A DNA stretch of 64,000 nt. Origin: the human T2T-CHM13v2.0 reference genome, Homo sapiens. Under the pieces are notes generated by a model. It made no database searches and was not told where the DNA came from. It saw nothing but the letters and a program-made list of their open reading frames with translations. Position numbers and translations under genes: made by a program. This document shows, piece after piece, positions 42,168 through 53,689 of the stretch; positions within the stretch are counted from its first letter, which is position 1; the number at the start of each line of letters is the position of its first letter. The DNA lies in the NCBI RefSeq assembly GCF_009914755.1, contig NC_060936.1; one strand, given 5' to 3'.

Positions 42168-43707
42168 TGTGATGCTTAATTTTATGTGTCAACTTGGCTG
42201 GGCCACATTACAGATATTTGGTCCAACTTTATTCTCGATATTTAAGTGAGGGTGCTTTTGGATGGGATTTACATTTAAATTATTGGACTTTGAGTAAACC
42301 AGAGTGCCTTACATAATGTGAGTTAGTTTCATCTAATTAGTTGAAAGCTTAATAGAAAAAAAGGCTTGATAAATCCTATTCCATCACCACCCCAAACCCC
42401 AGCAGGAGGAAATTTTCCAGCAGACTGTCGTCAGACTTCATCTGCTCTTCCTGATTTCTGCAATAAACTGTCTTAAGACTTGAACTGCAACCTCAGCTCT
42501 TTCCTGTGTCTTTGCCTGCTGGCCACCTTTATCGGGGAAACCAGCCCCCAATATCTCAAAGTAGGTTCTTTCTATTTTCCCTAAGTGCCGGCCAGTCTGA
42601 GAAATAAAGAGAAAGAGTACAAAGAGAGAAATTTTACAGCTGAGCCTCTGGGGGTGTCATCACATATTGGTAGGACTGTGATGGCAATCCCGAGCCACAA
42701 AACCAGCAAGTTTTTATTAGGGATTTTAAAAGGGGAGGGGGTGTACAAACAGGGAGTAGGTCTCAAGGATCATATGCTTCAAAGGGCAATAAAGATCATA
42801 AGGCAAGGCAAAATTAGAATTACTGATGAGGGTCTATGTCCTGCTGTGCATGCATTGTCTTGATAAACATTGTAACAGCAAACAGGGTTCAAGAGCAGAG
42901 AACCAGTCTGACTAAAATTTACCAGGCTGGAATTTCCCAATCCTGATAAGCCTGAGGGTACTGCAGGAGACCAGGGTGTATTTCAGTCCTTATCTCAACC
43001 GCATAAGACAGACACTCCAGAGCGGCCGTCAGTAGACCTACCTCCAGGAATGCATTCCTTCCCCAGGGTTATTCCTTGCTGGGAAAAGAATTCAGTGATA
43101 TTTTTTCTACTCACACATACATCTATAGGCTTTCTATGAGAAGAAAAATATGACTCTACTCTGCCCAACCCCACAGGCAGTCAGACCTCATGGTTATCTT
43201 CCCTTCTCCCCTGAAAATCGCTGTTATTCTGTTCTTTTTCAGGGTGCACTGATTTCATAGTGGTCAAACACATATGTTTTACAATCCATTTGTACAATAG
43301 TGGTCCTGAGGTGACATATAGTCTCAGCTTATGAAGATAACAGGATTAAGAGATTAAAGTAAAGACAGGCATAAGAAATTATAAGAGTATTGATGGGGAA
43401 GTGATAAATGTCCATGAAATCTTCACAATTTATGTTCAGAGGTTGCAGTAAAGACAGGCATAAGAAATTATAAAAGTATTAACTTGGGGAACTGATAAAT
43501 ATCCATGACATCTTCCAGTTTATGTTCTTCTGTCTTGGCTCCAGTCGGTCCCTCTCTTTGGGGTCCCTGACTTCCCACAACACACCTTGTAGATTTTGGA
43601 CTTGCCTGCCTCTAGAATTGGGTAAGCCAATTATTTAGAATGAATAAATATATTTCTATATGAACATACATTTTATTGGTTCTGTTTCTCTGGATAATCC
43701 TAATACA
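42168..43707 (+). mobile_element. MLT2D/C-like ERVL LTR split by MER11 (parts 42168-42529 and 43583-43707)
   Basis: TGTGATGCTTAATTTTATGTGTCAACTTGGCTGGGCCA start; TATTGGTTCTGTTTCTCTGG...CTAATACA end. Confidence 0.85.
42530..43582 (-). mobile_element. MER11 (A/B-like) solo LTR of HERV-K11/HML-8
   Basis: Reverse-complement termini TGTTGTGGGAAGTCAGGGACCCC and GGTTTCCCCGATA; perfect 6-bp TSD CACCTT (42524-42529 and 43583-43588); internal ~89-bp-period repeat 43358-43527. Confidence 0.95.
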
Positions 43708-44270
43708 TCCTGGTTTTGCATTTTCTGACTCTAATTTTTCTCAAACTTTCCCCTCATCTCTTTGGTAATTTGAGAGTTTCCCCTGCCCAGTAAAATCAAC
43801 GAAGGCGAAAAAGGCCATCTGCTCCTTCCTGCCATCTGGGATGGGCACATTACAAAATTCACAAAATAAAGGACATATTACCCAACCAATTCTCTTGATT
43901 TGGGAAAGGAAAGAATCCATATGTTTCTTTCTAACTTCCCATTCTTTTCAAATGAAACTAGTAAAATTTATCATGGATTTTTTTTTAATGCTGAGAATAT
44001 TTTTGACAAATTGAGTTAGAAGGCCAAGCAATCTTCCAGAGTATTTTCCCTTTTGGAAGTAGCATTGGCATGAATGAGTCTGAAGAAAGAGGGCCATCAT
44101 AAACAGTCTCACATGGGCTCACACAGGAGCTACTTCCTTATCTTTTCCCTATTTAAAATCCATAAACTCTTTGGAATGAAACCCTTTTGTCCGCAACATT
44201 CCCAGAGCACATAGACATTAAATCATGAAGTTTTATGTAGTTGTCTGGTACTGGAATTAACTTCAAGGGA

Positions 44271-44545
44271 CATCTAGAAAAAAACAAATGCTAGATAATA
44301 TCAGCATAGTATCAGATAATAAAAAAACAAAGCAAAACAAAATACTATGTTAAAAAAAAAAAACTGTTGGAAACAGCCAGGACAAAACATTGCAGACAGC
44401 TATAGTGCTGTCTAGAAAAAAACAAATGCTAGGCAATATCAGCATAGTATCAGATAATAAAAAACAAAGCAAAACAAAATACTATGTTTAAAAAAAAATT
44501 GTTGAAAACAGCCAGGACAAAACATTGCAGACAGCTATGTAGTGC
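44271..44545. repeat. Two-copy tandem duplication, period 138 bp
   Basis: TCTAGAAAAAAACAAATGCTAG...GGACAAAACATTGCAGACAGCTAT starts at both 44273 and 44411. Confidence 0.95.
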
Positions 44546-44615
44546 AATGTTAAGAATGTGGGACCTGGAGACAGGTGCTACAACTTTACCACTACACTTT
44601 CTTTAAAAATTAAGG

Positions 44616-46270
44616 TTTATGTTTTTATTTTTGTATTTGTAATGTACTCTTTTATAGAACTTCAAAAGAAAATCTTAATACAAATTAACACTTTTAAAAA
44701 GAAATTAAAAACTCCAAGTTTATCTTCAAGAATTTATATAGGGTAGTAAATGCAGGCCACATTTTATATTTTCTAAACACCAACTATTCCATTATAAAAT
44801 AAAAAAGTGGTATGTTAACTATTATAAAGGATGAAACTATTATATAAACTTTAATCTAAAAGGCTGCTTTCTGCATCTGCATCAATGTAATTTCACGATT
44901 CTTTACCAATATTTATAGAAAGAATCTATAATGAAATTATCGTTCACTTTCATGCCCCACATGGGAAGTGGTAGGTGAATATATGTAGGAATATAATTCA
45001 TTGTCTGATCTTCCATTGAGAAGTATCCCTGTGTTTGTCCAGTCTACACTCAGAATTTTGTCTTCATGAGCAGCTAGATCACAGAATGGAGCCTTAAAAC
45101 TTCTTGTATTCTGCAGCTTGACAGTGTCACCTAAATATAATGAAATCAGCTGCTGTTCATGAATAGAAGACCATTTTACTGATGTCACCCGGCCTGTATG
45201 TGAAGTTGGGAAAAAGACAGCAAAAAACTATCTTTGGTTTGGGGATCCCAGTCTTATATGCATGTCTGTGCTTCCAGATGCTAAACATTTACAGAGTAGA
45301 AAATAGAAAATACAATACTTTATTTCCTGACAAAGCTGAGTTAAGACTGCTGAACTCAACATGCCACACTCTAATTGTGTGGTCCCAAGATGCACTGCAG
45401 GTTCCTTCAACATTTGACCACAGAACCAAGGAAATTGCTTCCTTGTGGTCAGAGAGGGTCAGCATGGGAGTCCTCGTTAGTTCCAATTGCTCTGTTTTCT
45501 GTTTCTTTCTCAATTTGTGGATTCCCCCATTTCATCTTCTTTATCTATAGAGACTGTAGAGTAGATATTTAACATTTTATCTCATCAGCCACTGCAAAAT
45601 ATAGTTTCTGAGCTATCAACAGCTATATAATCTACACTTCCAGTATGATCTCTGCAGCAGTGTAGGGCTTTCCCTGTTTCTCATTAAATTCTACTCCGGT
45701 AAGACAGTACTCTGATCAATGGAAGAATTCAGTAAAAACAAGACAAACTGTCTTTTTTCACCCAGGCCACATTTTTCACAGCATCTGTATATTTCACAAT
45801 CATCATTACGAACTTTTCTTCCAAGCATCAGAACCCAGAAGTCTCATCATAAGAACCAGTCAAGGTACATTCCTCTGCCCCTTTAATTGAACTGATGCAG
45901 TCATCATAGAATATGCATTGCTCTGGCTGGTGGACAGTGTACTTCTCCACATTCTAGTTCCACAACCTCTTATGATGAGATGATCTCAAGGTCCATGTGT
46001 TTGACCAAGGAAATTAGCAGAAACTGGCCCTCCAGTTTGAAATCAAACTCCACATGTTTGTGGAACTCATTTTTGTCCTTCAGCAATTTATTCATGATGT
46101 TACTAAGGTCAGCTATTTCAGAGGCAGCAGAGATTGAGAAGAGAACATCATCTATTATATATTTCATGTTATCACTGTAGAAGTGTGTTTGGAACGGAGA
46201 CATGGCAGGGAGTACACACAAGACTTGCCCACAGAAACATATGGGTTGGTATTCAGAGAACAAGAGCTCT
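44616..46270 (-). pseudogene. WDR12: Processed pseudogene of WDR12 (Ytm1 homologue, PeBoW ribosome biogenesis); CDS remnant 46203->44950
   Basis: Peptides [88 protein letters not shown] match WDR12 end to end in 1254 contiguous nt with no introns. Stops at 45970-72 and 45582-87 plus frameshifts. UTR-like flanks and a decayed A-rich tail ~44616-44641. Symbol is that of the parent gene. Confidence 0.96.
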
Positions 46271-46399
46271 GGTCTCTTAGGATTAAAAAATCGCAGCTCA
46301 AAATTAGACTGAATATGTAAGTGAGAAGCTGCATTTGAAGGCTGGCTTCCATTTTGTGTCCTTGGATCTCTTCCTATATTTTCAATTGATTGTAGAATC

Positions 46400-47129
46400 C
46401 CATATATCTGATTTTACAGAAGTAATATAGACAGATTTAATGTACTTTAGTTTTCCCCATATTCACTTTCCTCTCACACTCCCAACTCTACTCTCACTAT
46501 TCCTAATACCTGACAACTACGAATCTGTTTTCCATTTCTATAGTTTTGTCATTTCAAGATTGTTATATAAATGAAATTATACAGTCTGCTCCTTTTGGAA
46601 TTGGCTTTCCTTACTCTGCAAAATTATCCAAAGATTCCTCCAGTATACTATGTGTATTATTAGAGGTTTTTTTCTTACTATTGCTGAGTAGTATTCCATG
46701 TATGGGTGCACTAGTTCATTTAGTCAATCACTCCTTGGAGGTCACTCCAATTATTTCCAGTTTTTGATTATTGTGAATAAAGCTGCTGTAAACATTTGTT
46801 ACAGATTTTTGTGTGAATATAAATTTTAATTTTTCTGGGGAAAATTCCCAGAAAACTTCTGGGTTGTATGATAGTTAATATGTGTAGTTTTTTTAAGAAA
46901 CTGCCATTTTGGTTTTCTGAGTGACTGTACTATTTTACATTCCCACTGGTAATGCATAAGTGATCCAGTTTTTCCACATTCTTGCCAACATTCGGTGACA
47001 TCACTATTTTCTTTATTCCATTCTTATAGGTGTGTACTGACATATCGTTGTGGATTTAATTTGTATTTAACTAATGGCTAATAAGGGTGAACAACTTTTC
47101 ATGTGTTTCTTTCTTCTTATTTCTTCTCC
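46400..47129 (-). mobile_element. Old L1M (MC/MD-like) 3' fragment
   Basis: TTTTGTCATTTCAAGATTGTTATATAAATG, ATTGCTGAGTAGTATTCCA, AATAAAGCTGCTGTAAACATT. Confidence 0.8.
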
Positions 47130-47547
47130 TGTATTAGTCCAGGTTCTCCAGAGGGACAGAACTCATAGGATGTATGTATATATGACAGATAGTTTGTTAG
47201 GGAGAAATGGCTCACAGGTTCACAAGACCAAGTCCCATGACAGACCATCTGCAAGCTGGGGAAGAGAGAAGCCAGTAGTGGCTCATCTAAGTCCAAAAAG
47301 CCTCAAAAGTAGGGGAGCTAACAGTGCAGCCTTCAGTCTGTGACTGAAGGCCTGAGAGCCCCTGGCAAACCACTGGTATAAGTCCAACAATCCAAAGGCT
47401 GAAGAATCTGGAGTCTGATGGAATGGAAGGAAACATCCAGCACAGGAAAAATATGAAAACCGGAAGACTCAGCAAGAATGGTTATCCCATCTTCTTCCAC
47501 CTGGTTTGTCCTAGTGGTGCTGGCAGCTGATTGGATGGTGCCCACCC
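47130..47547 (-). mobile_element. MLT2B1-like LTR lacking its 5' end
   Basis: TGTATTAGTCCAGGTTCTCCAGAGGGACAGAAC...GCAGCTGATTGGATGGTGCCCACCC, then an abrupt switch. Confidence 0.85.
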
Positions 47548-47750
47548 CTTGCATCAGCATGCCCTGGACATGAGACATTAAGTCAAAGGAAATTATTTTA
47601 GAACTTTAAGATTTCATGACTCTCCCGATAGGTTTTGAACTTGCATGGGACCTGTAGCCCCTTCATTATGGCCAATTTCTTCCTTTTGCAACAGGAGCAT
47701 TTACCCAATACTCATACTCCCATTGTACCTTGGAAGTAACTAACTAACGT
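47548..47750 (+). mobile_element. MST/THE1 MaLR internal fragment
   Basis: CTTGCATCAGCATGCCCTGG...ACTTGCATGGGACCTGTAGCCCC...CCCATTGTACCTTGGAAGTAACTAAC. Confidence 0.8.
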
Positions 47751-48438
47751 TTTTTTCCACAAGTTATTGGGGTACATGTGGTATTTGGTAACATAAGTTA
47801 TTTAGTGGTGACTTGTGAGATTTCGTGCGCCCATCAACCATGCAGTATACCCTGCACCATTTTTGTAGTCTTTTATCCCTCGTCCCCTTCCCACTCTTCC
47901 CCCAAGATATATATACATATCTTTCTGGAGGAGTCTTTAGGGTTTTCAAGTAAATGATCATATCATCGGCAAATAGGGACAGTTTGACTTCTTCTTTACT
48001 AATCCCTGTTCACCACATCCAAGGCAACATCTGCTGTTTTTTGATTTTTTGATTATATCCATTCTTGCAGGAGTAAGGCGGTATTGCATTCTGGTTTTGA
48101 TTTGCATCTCCCTGATCATTAGTGATGTTGAGCATTTTTCATATGTTTGTTGGCCATTTGTATATCTTCTTTTGAGAATTGTCTATTCATGTCTTTAGCC
48201 CACTTTTTGATGGGTTTTTTTTTTTTTTTTTACTTACTGATTTGTTTGAGTTTGTTGTAGATTCTGGATATTAGTCCTTTGTCAGATTTACAGATTGTGA
48301 AGATTTTCTCCCACTCTGTGGGTTGTCTGTTTACTCTGCTGACTCTTCCTTTTGCTGTGCAAAAACTGTTTAGTTTAATTAGGTTCCAGCTATTTATCTT
48401 TGTTTTTATTTCATTTGCTTTTGGGTTCTTGGGTATGA
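47751..48438 (-). mobile_element. L1PB-like pieces in non-collinear order (3' UTR, RT core, ORF2 C-terminal region)
   Basis: 3' end AAGTTATTGGGGTACA (47751-47906); [17 protein letters not shown] on minus (47921-48000); ORF2 3' region (48003-48438). Confidence 0.85.
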
Positions 48439-48444
48439 CCCCTG

Positions 48445-49370
48445 AAACATAATAAATGTAAATAAGTAGAGAAATAAATGTAAAAGGATGTATTTACTTA
48501 CCAGCTTTGTCCACTGAAAGGGCTGAAAGTTAGTAAGCACACCTCAGAACTTGGCCTTATATACCAATTTTTACTGAAAATGAAATTGGAGCTCCTTTGG
48601 AGAAATGGTTGATGCCAAGGCTAGGGGAAAAGAAAAAAAACAAATGAGTATTGAACATCTTGTTATTCCAGAATATAAGAAAGTGACTAAAGAAAGATAC
48701 AGCCACATCAAAAGAACCCAAAAATTAGTTCAAAGAATCTCCCACTGATCAAAACAGGAATACCCTGAGCATCAAAAGGAATCATTATATTAGTGGCTTA
48801 TAAACCATTGATTAAAATAAAGACCAATGAATCTACACTGACATAAATAAATAATTAAATTCATCATATGATGAGGAATGTGATAATTATGTAGCTTCAA
48901 AGTACCCCTCCATGAAATGCTTATTTACATAGAGAAAAAACTGAGTGTCTTTGTAGTGCAGAAGCCTGGAGACCCCATCTTCATTAGATGATTACTGTTA
49001 GTTTCACCTGAAATGGGACAAATTGGCATCGTGTGTCCATTCATAGAATGCAGTAAGAAGGCATAACATCCCTACTCTTGTCAAAAATGCATAACATGAA
49101 TCTCATCCTGAAGAAATAGCAGACAAACTCAAATAGAGGAAAATTTTGTGAAATAACTGGCCTTATAATCTTCAAAAACTTCAACATCATGCAAATTAAG
49201 AAAAGAGTAAGTAAATGTTCTTGACTGAAAGAGACAAAAGGGACACAAAGCCTATGTGCAATTGGAATCCTTCAACTGGATCACTTTGCTATAAATGGTA
49301 TATTTGGAGCAATTGATGTGATTTAAATCTGTTTGATGATGAGATTATAGTAACATATCACCTTAGTAGG
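48445..49370 (+). mobile_element. L1MC4-like 3' UTR
   Basis: GAGCTCCTTTGGAGAAATGGTTGAT, CAAAAATGCATAACATGAATCT, AATAACTGGCCT. Confidence 0.65.
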
Positions 49371-50089
49371 AAATATTAGGTGCTATATCAGCATTATTTC
49401 TATAAAATGTGTTTCTCTCTACAATAGCACTCACCTCACTACATTCTAATTCAAAGTAAAGTGTTCTAATTCAAAGTAAAGTTATTGGATTTTATCATTT
49501 ATAGTGCCTAGTGTGGTGTTTTATGGATCAAATGAATAAAACAATTACCAATCTAATTCAAAGGTAAAATAAATTCTAGAATGTCTATATTGTTAAAAAG
49601 TATACTCAGCAAAAAATAAAATTCAAAGGCTATTCAGGGAAACCAGGCATTTCTTAGTCTGAAGTGAGAAAAGAAATCTAAACCATTCCCTAATAAAACC
49701 TTTTCAATGGAAATTTTAAAGTTTTTGAAAATATTCTTTCAAATATTTATACAGGTTAATCCTCTTGCTTCCTAAACTAATGTTGAATTATAGAAATTAA
49801 TTTTGTGCTTATTTTACATTCTAGTATATATATGTAATATCTGTATTAAGTTTTCAAGCTGATTTTTAAAATCTTTATTTTTGTGTTGTAATTGTATAAT
49901 TGCCCAATTTTTTTTTCCTGACTGAATTTTGCTTATATTCTCTGGAATTTCCATAGCCCCTTTTAACCTTTTGATCCAATAATGTTCCTACTCCCCAAAT
50001 GTTTGTTGGTATCACAAGAGTAGCTCTTTCAATTCCCTTGTATAAGGACACTTGTTTGGAACCTTTGATTTACAGTAGTAACACAAATG

Positions 50090-51140
50090 ACAGAAGGAGG
50101 GAATTGAAAGTATCCCTTTACAAAATTATGAAGCAATATATGAAGTGGTATAATATTATTTGAAGATTAATGATAACAATGTTTATTGTAAACTCTAAGG
50201 TAACTAAATAAAAGTAGGAAAATAGACATAATTAATAACTAATTAGCCAATAGTGAAGCTAAAAGGGTTTTATAAAAACACAACAAAAAGCTGATAGAAA
50301 AAAAAAATAAAGAGGAACAAAGACACAAAAAAGATCGACGATATAGAACAAAACTACCAAAGGATTGCAGATTTCAACCCAGCAATGTGAATAATTACAT
50401 TAAATGTAAATAGGCTGAACACACCAATTAAAAGACAACTATTGTCCGGTTTGATACAAAATCAACACCCTCATATGCAACACCTTTTATGTACAAAGAC
50501 ATAGATAAAAGTAAAAGAATATAAAAATATGTGGCACAAGCTCCAGCTGAAAGAAAATTGGAATGGTTATATTAATATCACACAAAGTGGGATTCCAATT
50601 ATCTTAGTAGTTACCTTAGAGGTTTTTTTTAGGTAATTTCATGGTTTCAGCCTCAGATCGTCTTTAATCCATTTTTATTTGATTTTTGTGTATGATGAGA
50701 GATAGGAGTCAGACCTACTCTTGATCTACCTCCCCAAAAAAGAGCCTAAAACCAAGCCTCAACGAGATTCACAGGAGAAAAGAAAAATGATTTACTCGAG
50801 AACAAAGAAAACAGATTCTGTTTACTCTTCATCAGAAATAGTCAAAACCAGAAGTCACTTATTTTTAAGTGACATTTTAAGTGCTAAAACTAAACAACAA
50901 CAACAACAAAAAAAGAACAAACCAAAAAATAGATAAAATTGTTGACAGAAAGTTTATATGCAACAAAATTACTTTGTAAAGCAATGTTTAAATGACATTT
51001 TTTATAAAAGATGAAAACTGAAAGAACTTGTCACTACAAGTAATGATAAAATATCTTTTAATCTGAGAAGAAATGATAGTAGATGGAAATTCAAATGTAG
51101 AGAGAATAAAGACCATAGGAAGTCTGTGAGTAGATTTGTT
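50090..51140 (+). mobile_element. Old L1M fragments (inter-ORF/ORF2 start, ORF1-like) with a short antisense L1 piece at ~50625-50715
   Basis: ATTACATTAAATGTAAATAGGCTGAACACACCAATTAAAAGAC encodes ITLNVNRLNTPIKR, the L1 endonuclease N-terminal motif. Confidence 0.65.
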
Positions 51141-53329
51141 TCCAAGGTTAGCTAATTAGTTGATCAACATGGTCATAAATATCTCATGTTTTGTTCTACT
51201 CTCCAATTTGACATCCTTAATAAATATCATATGGATGGTAGCAATATGTCTGTCAACGTTCTAAGCATCACTTTTTGACACAACTACTAGAACAAGTGGA
51301 GGGGATAATTTCCTTGAGTTTTTAAGGAGTGAAGAAACTTTTCCCAGAGACTTTAGAGCATGTTACTTCTTTGGCCAAAATCAAGTCATGTGTCTATTAT
51401 CTAGCCAATCACAGTCACGGTGCTTGAAAGGTTACGATTAGTGTAGAACGGTCACCTGAAATGAAGTGAATTCCAAGGTTTCACATTTAGAGTTCTCACT
51501 TCCATGAGAATGAAAGCTCCAATGTTCACTCCAAGGTCTAAATAATTTCGTCTGTTTACCTTCCACTAAATAACACTATTTAGCTCTAACTGGCAGTCCA
51601 ATATTTACATATTTAAAATGGGAAATATTCCAATGACCTGTCTTTGAGTGGTTAGCTGTGAGGTTTTAGGAATAGGTAATAATATGCCCCACATTTTATA
51701 AAAGGTCACAGATCCTTTATGAAAACTATGAACTATAAACCTTTAGTTCTCAGGATGAATTGAAGATTAGGGGAAGAGAGAATATAGAAGCAAACATCTG
51801 AAATACATTATTTATGTAGCAAAACTAATTTTGAGAAACAAGATCAGAAAATGTTTCACCATGGCACATGGGTTCATCTTTGGGAGTATTCAATCTGCCT
51901 TCAGATTTAGCTCTGTCCACAGTAAATATTTCTGGGACTCTGGGTTGATTCTCAAAATTTTCTTAATCTTTTATTCTTTCCACATACTGTAGGCATTATC
52001 TTTTGGATCTCGAAGTTTTTACGATCAGTTTCTAGCTTCTCTACATTCCATCTGGACACAATTAGGGTTATCTTTACTAAGGGCAACACTTTGAGCAACA
52101 ACAGACTCTCTCAGTATGCACCTCCCTCTGTTTCTCCTCTCTGCTTTCTGTAAGACCTGTCCCTTCTTGCTCCTCTCATTCCAGATGTCCTTCTTCCATC
52201 TCCAGCTCCTCAAAGCCTATCATCCTTGCAGACCTACTCAATGTCATATTCTTCAGCAACACATCCTTGATCCAACAGTCAAGATCAATTGTTCCTAGAT
52301 CTTGAACTGTAGTTACCCATCTCAGAAAAGCTTTTATACATGCACAAGGTCAAAGGTTTGAGAATGTTTATGGCAGCATTGAAGACAACAGTGAAACCTT
52401 GGAAACAAACTAAATGCCCAATAAAAGTACAATGATAATTTTATTTTGCTGAGTGTCTGCAATAGAATATACTAAAATGAATAATTCAGCATATATGGCT
52501 TATACATAAAATAAATAAAATGGAATAATATAACAATTAAAATGTATAAATTAAAGCACATTTACCAACTTAAACAAATCTCAAATCAAATATTAAGGGA
52601 AAAAAAGAACATTTTAGAAAGACTTTTGTAGTAGAATAATATTAATGAGACACTTGCAAACAGATTAAATATTGTTTAGAGATGTATGCATGTGTGCAGA
52701 TATATAATTTTCACAAGGGAATACAATCATGAGGCCATGGAATACAAATGTTGAAGTGGAGAATAGAAGAGAATGATCTTGGAGACAAACCTAAGATGTG
52801 ATTAGTTCACACCTGCTTAGAGGAAGAAAGGTGCATCTTTCAGATTGCACCATAAAAAAGAGCTGTTCAAAGAAATGAACTTAAATTCTGTCAAATTAAA
52901 ACATAATTCTTTACTGTTGGGACATCTATCTTGTCTCTAATGTCATATTTTCCCAAGAACACCTCTCTTAAACTCACTCATATTTGAATTCCATATGCCT
53001 TGTTGCTAACCCAGTTTCTGACTGAACTCTCAGGATCTGGTATACACTTAAACTAAGCTTTTCCATCACCTCAACGTTCTTTCCAGAAGTTGACCTTCTC
53101 CTCCTGCATGCTAGATTATTCTATCGTTGATTTGGTTTTGCCAAAAACTATGTTGGCTATAATTGCTCTTCTTTTAAAGTGTCAGCATAGAGTTGGCCAA
53201 AAGTAAATGCACACAAAATTGGAGACTCAAAAATTAATGACCTTCACTCTGTGAAAGTCATTCTCAGAGATGGTAAGAGGCAGGTGTAGGTTTAAGAATG
53301 AGTTCCAATTTGTCTTCCACCTTTCCCAC

Positions 53330-53689
53330 TTATGCAACTCTCCTCTCCTACTGCTATCTTTCCTGACACAAGCCCCTACCAGGAACTTTGCTGTAATCTT
53401 ATAGTGGCAGAAACCATGAAGAATCTAAATTTCCACATCAATCCCTTTCTTTAGTTTTAATCAAGCAGCTGGATATAGATATTTCTAATTTTCAGGTTTC
53501 CCAGAAAGCTACACCCTTTTCTTCTGTGTCAGGGCTAATGAGTATCTTTTCTCTGATCTTTCAGTTACCATTCATACCTTGTGTCCCCATCTCCTCCCAC
53601 AATTAGGCAAACTCTAATTCTTGCAATAAATATCTATCCCATAATCCTCATAGTGATTGTACTTTCTTAATTGAACATCAGCTGAAACA
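53330..53689 (+). mobile_element. Old ERVL-type LTR 3' part (MLT2E/F-like)
   Basis: Ends CAATAAATATCTATCCCATAATCCTCATAGTGATTG...ATTGAACATCAGCTGAAACA. Confidence 0.45.

Noticed and set aside
43358-44545. Direct repeats (89-bp and 138-bp periods) as a CRISPR-like array
   Set aside because: Only two copies each, no unique spacers, no cas genes, eukaryotic context; the first is intrinsic to MER11.
44937-46263. WD40-like ORFs as exons of a live gene
   Set aside because: They are contiguous without introns, have in-frame stops and frameshifts, and end in a decayed A tail: a retrocopy.
46270-46400. TSD marking the 5' end of the WDR12 retrocopy
   Set aside because: I could not find a matching direct repeat near 44590-44616, so both outer boundaries stay approximate.
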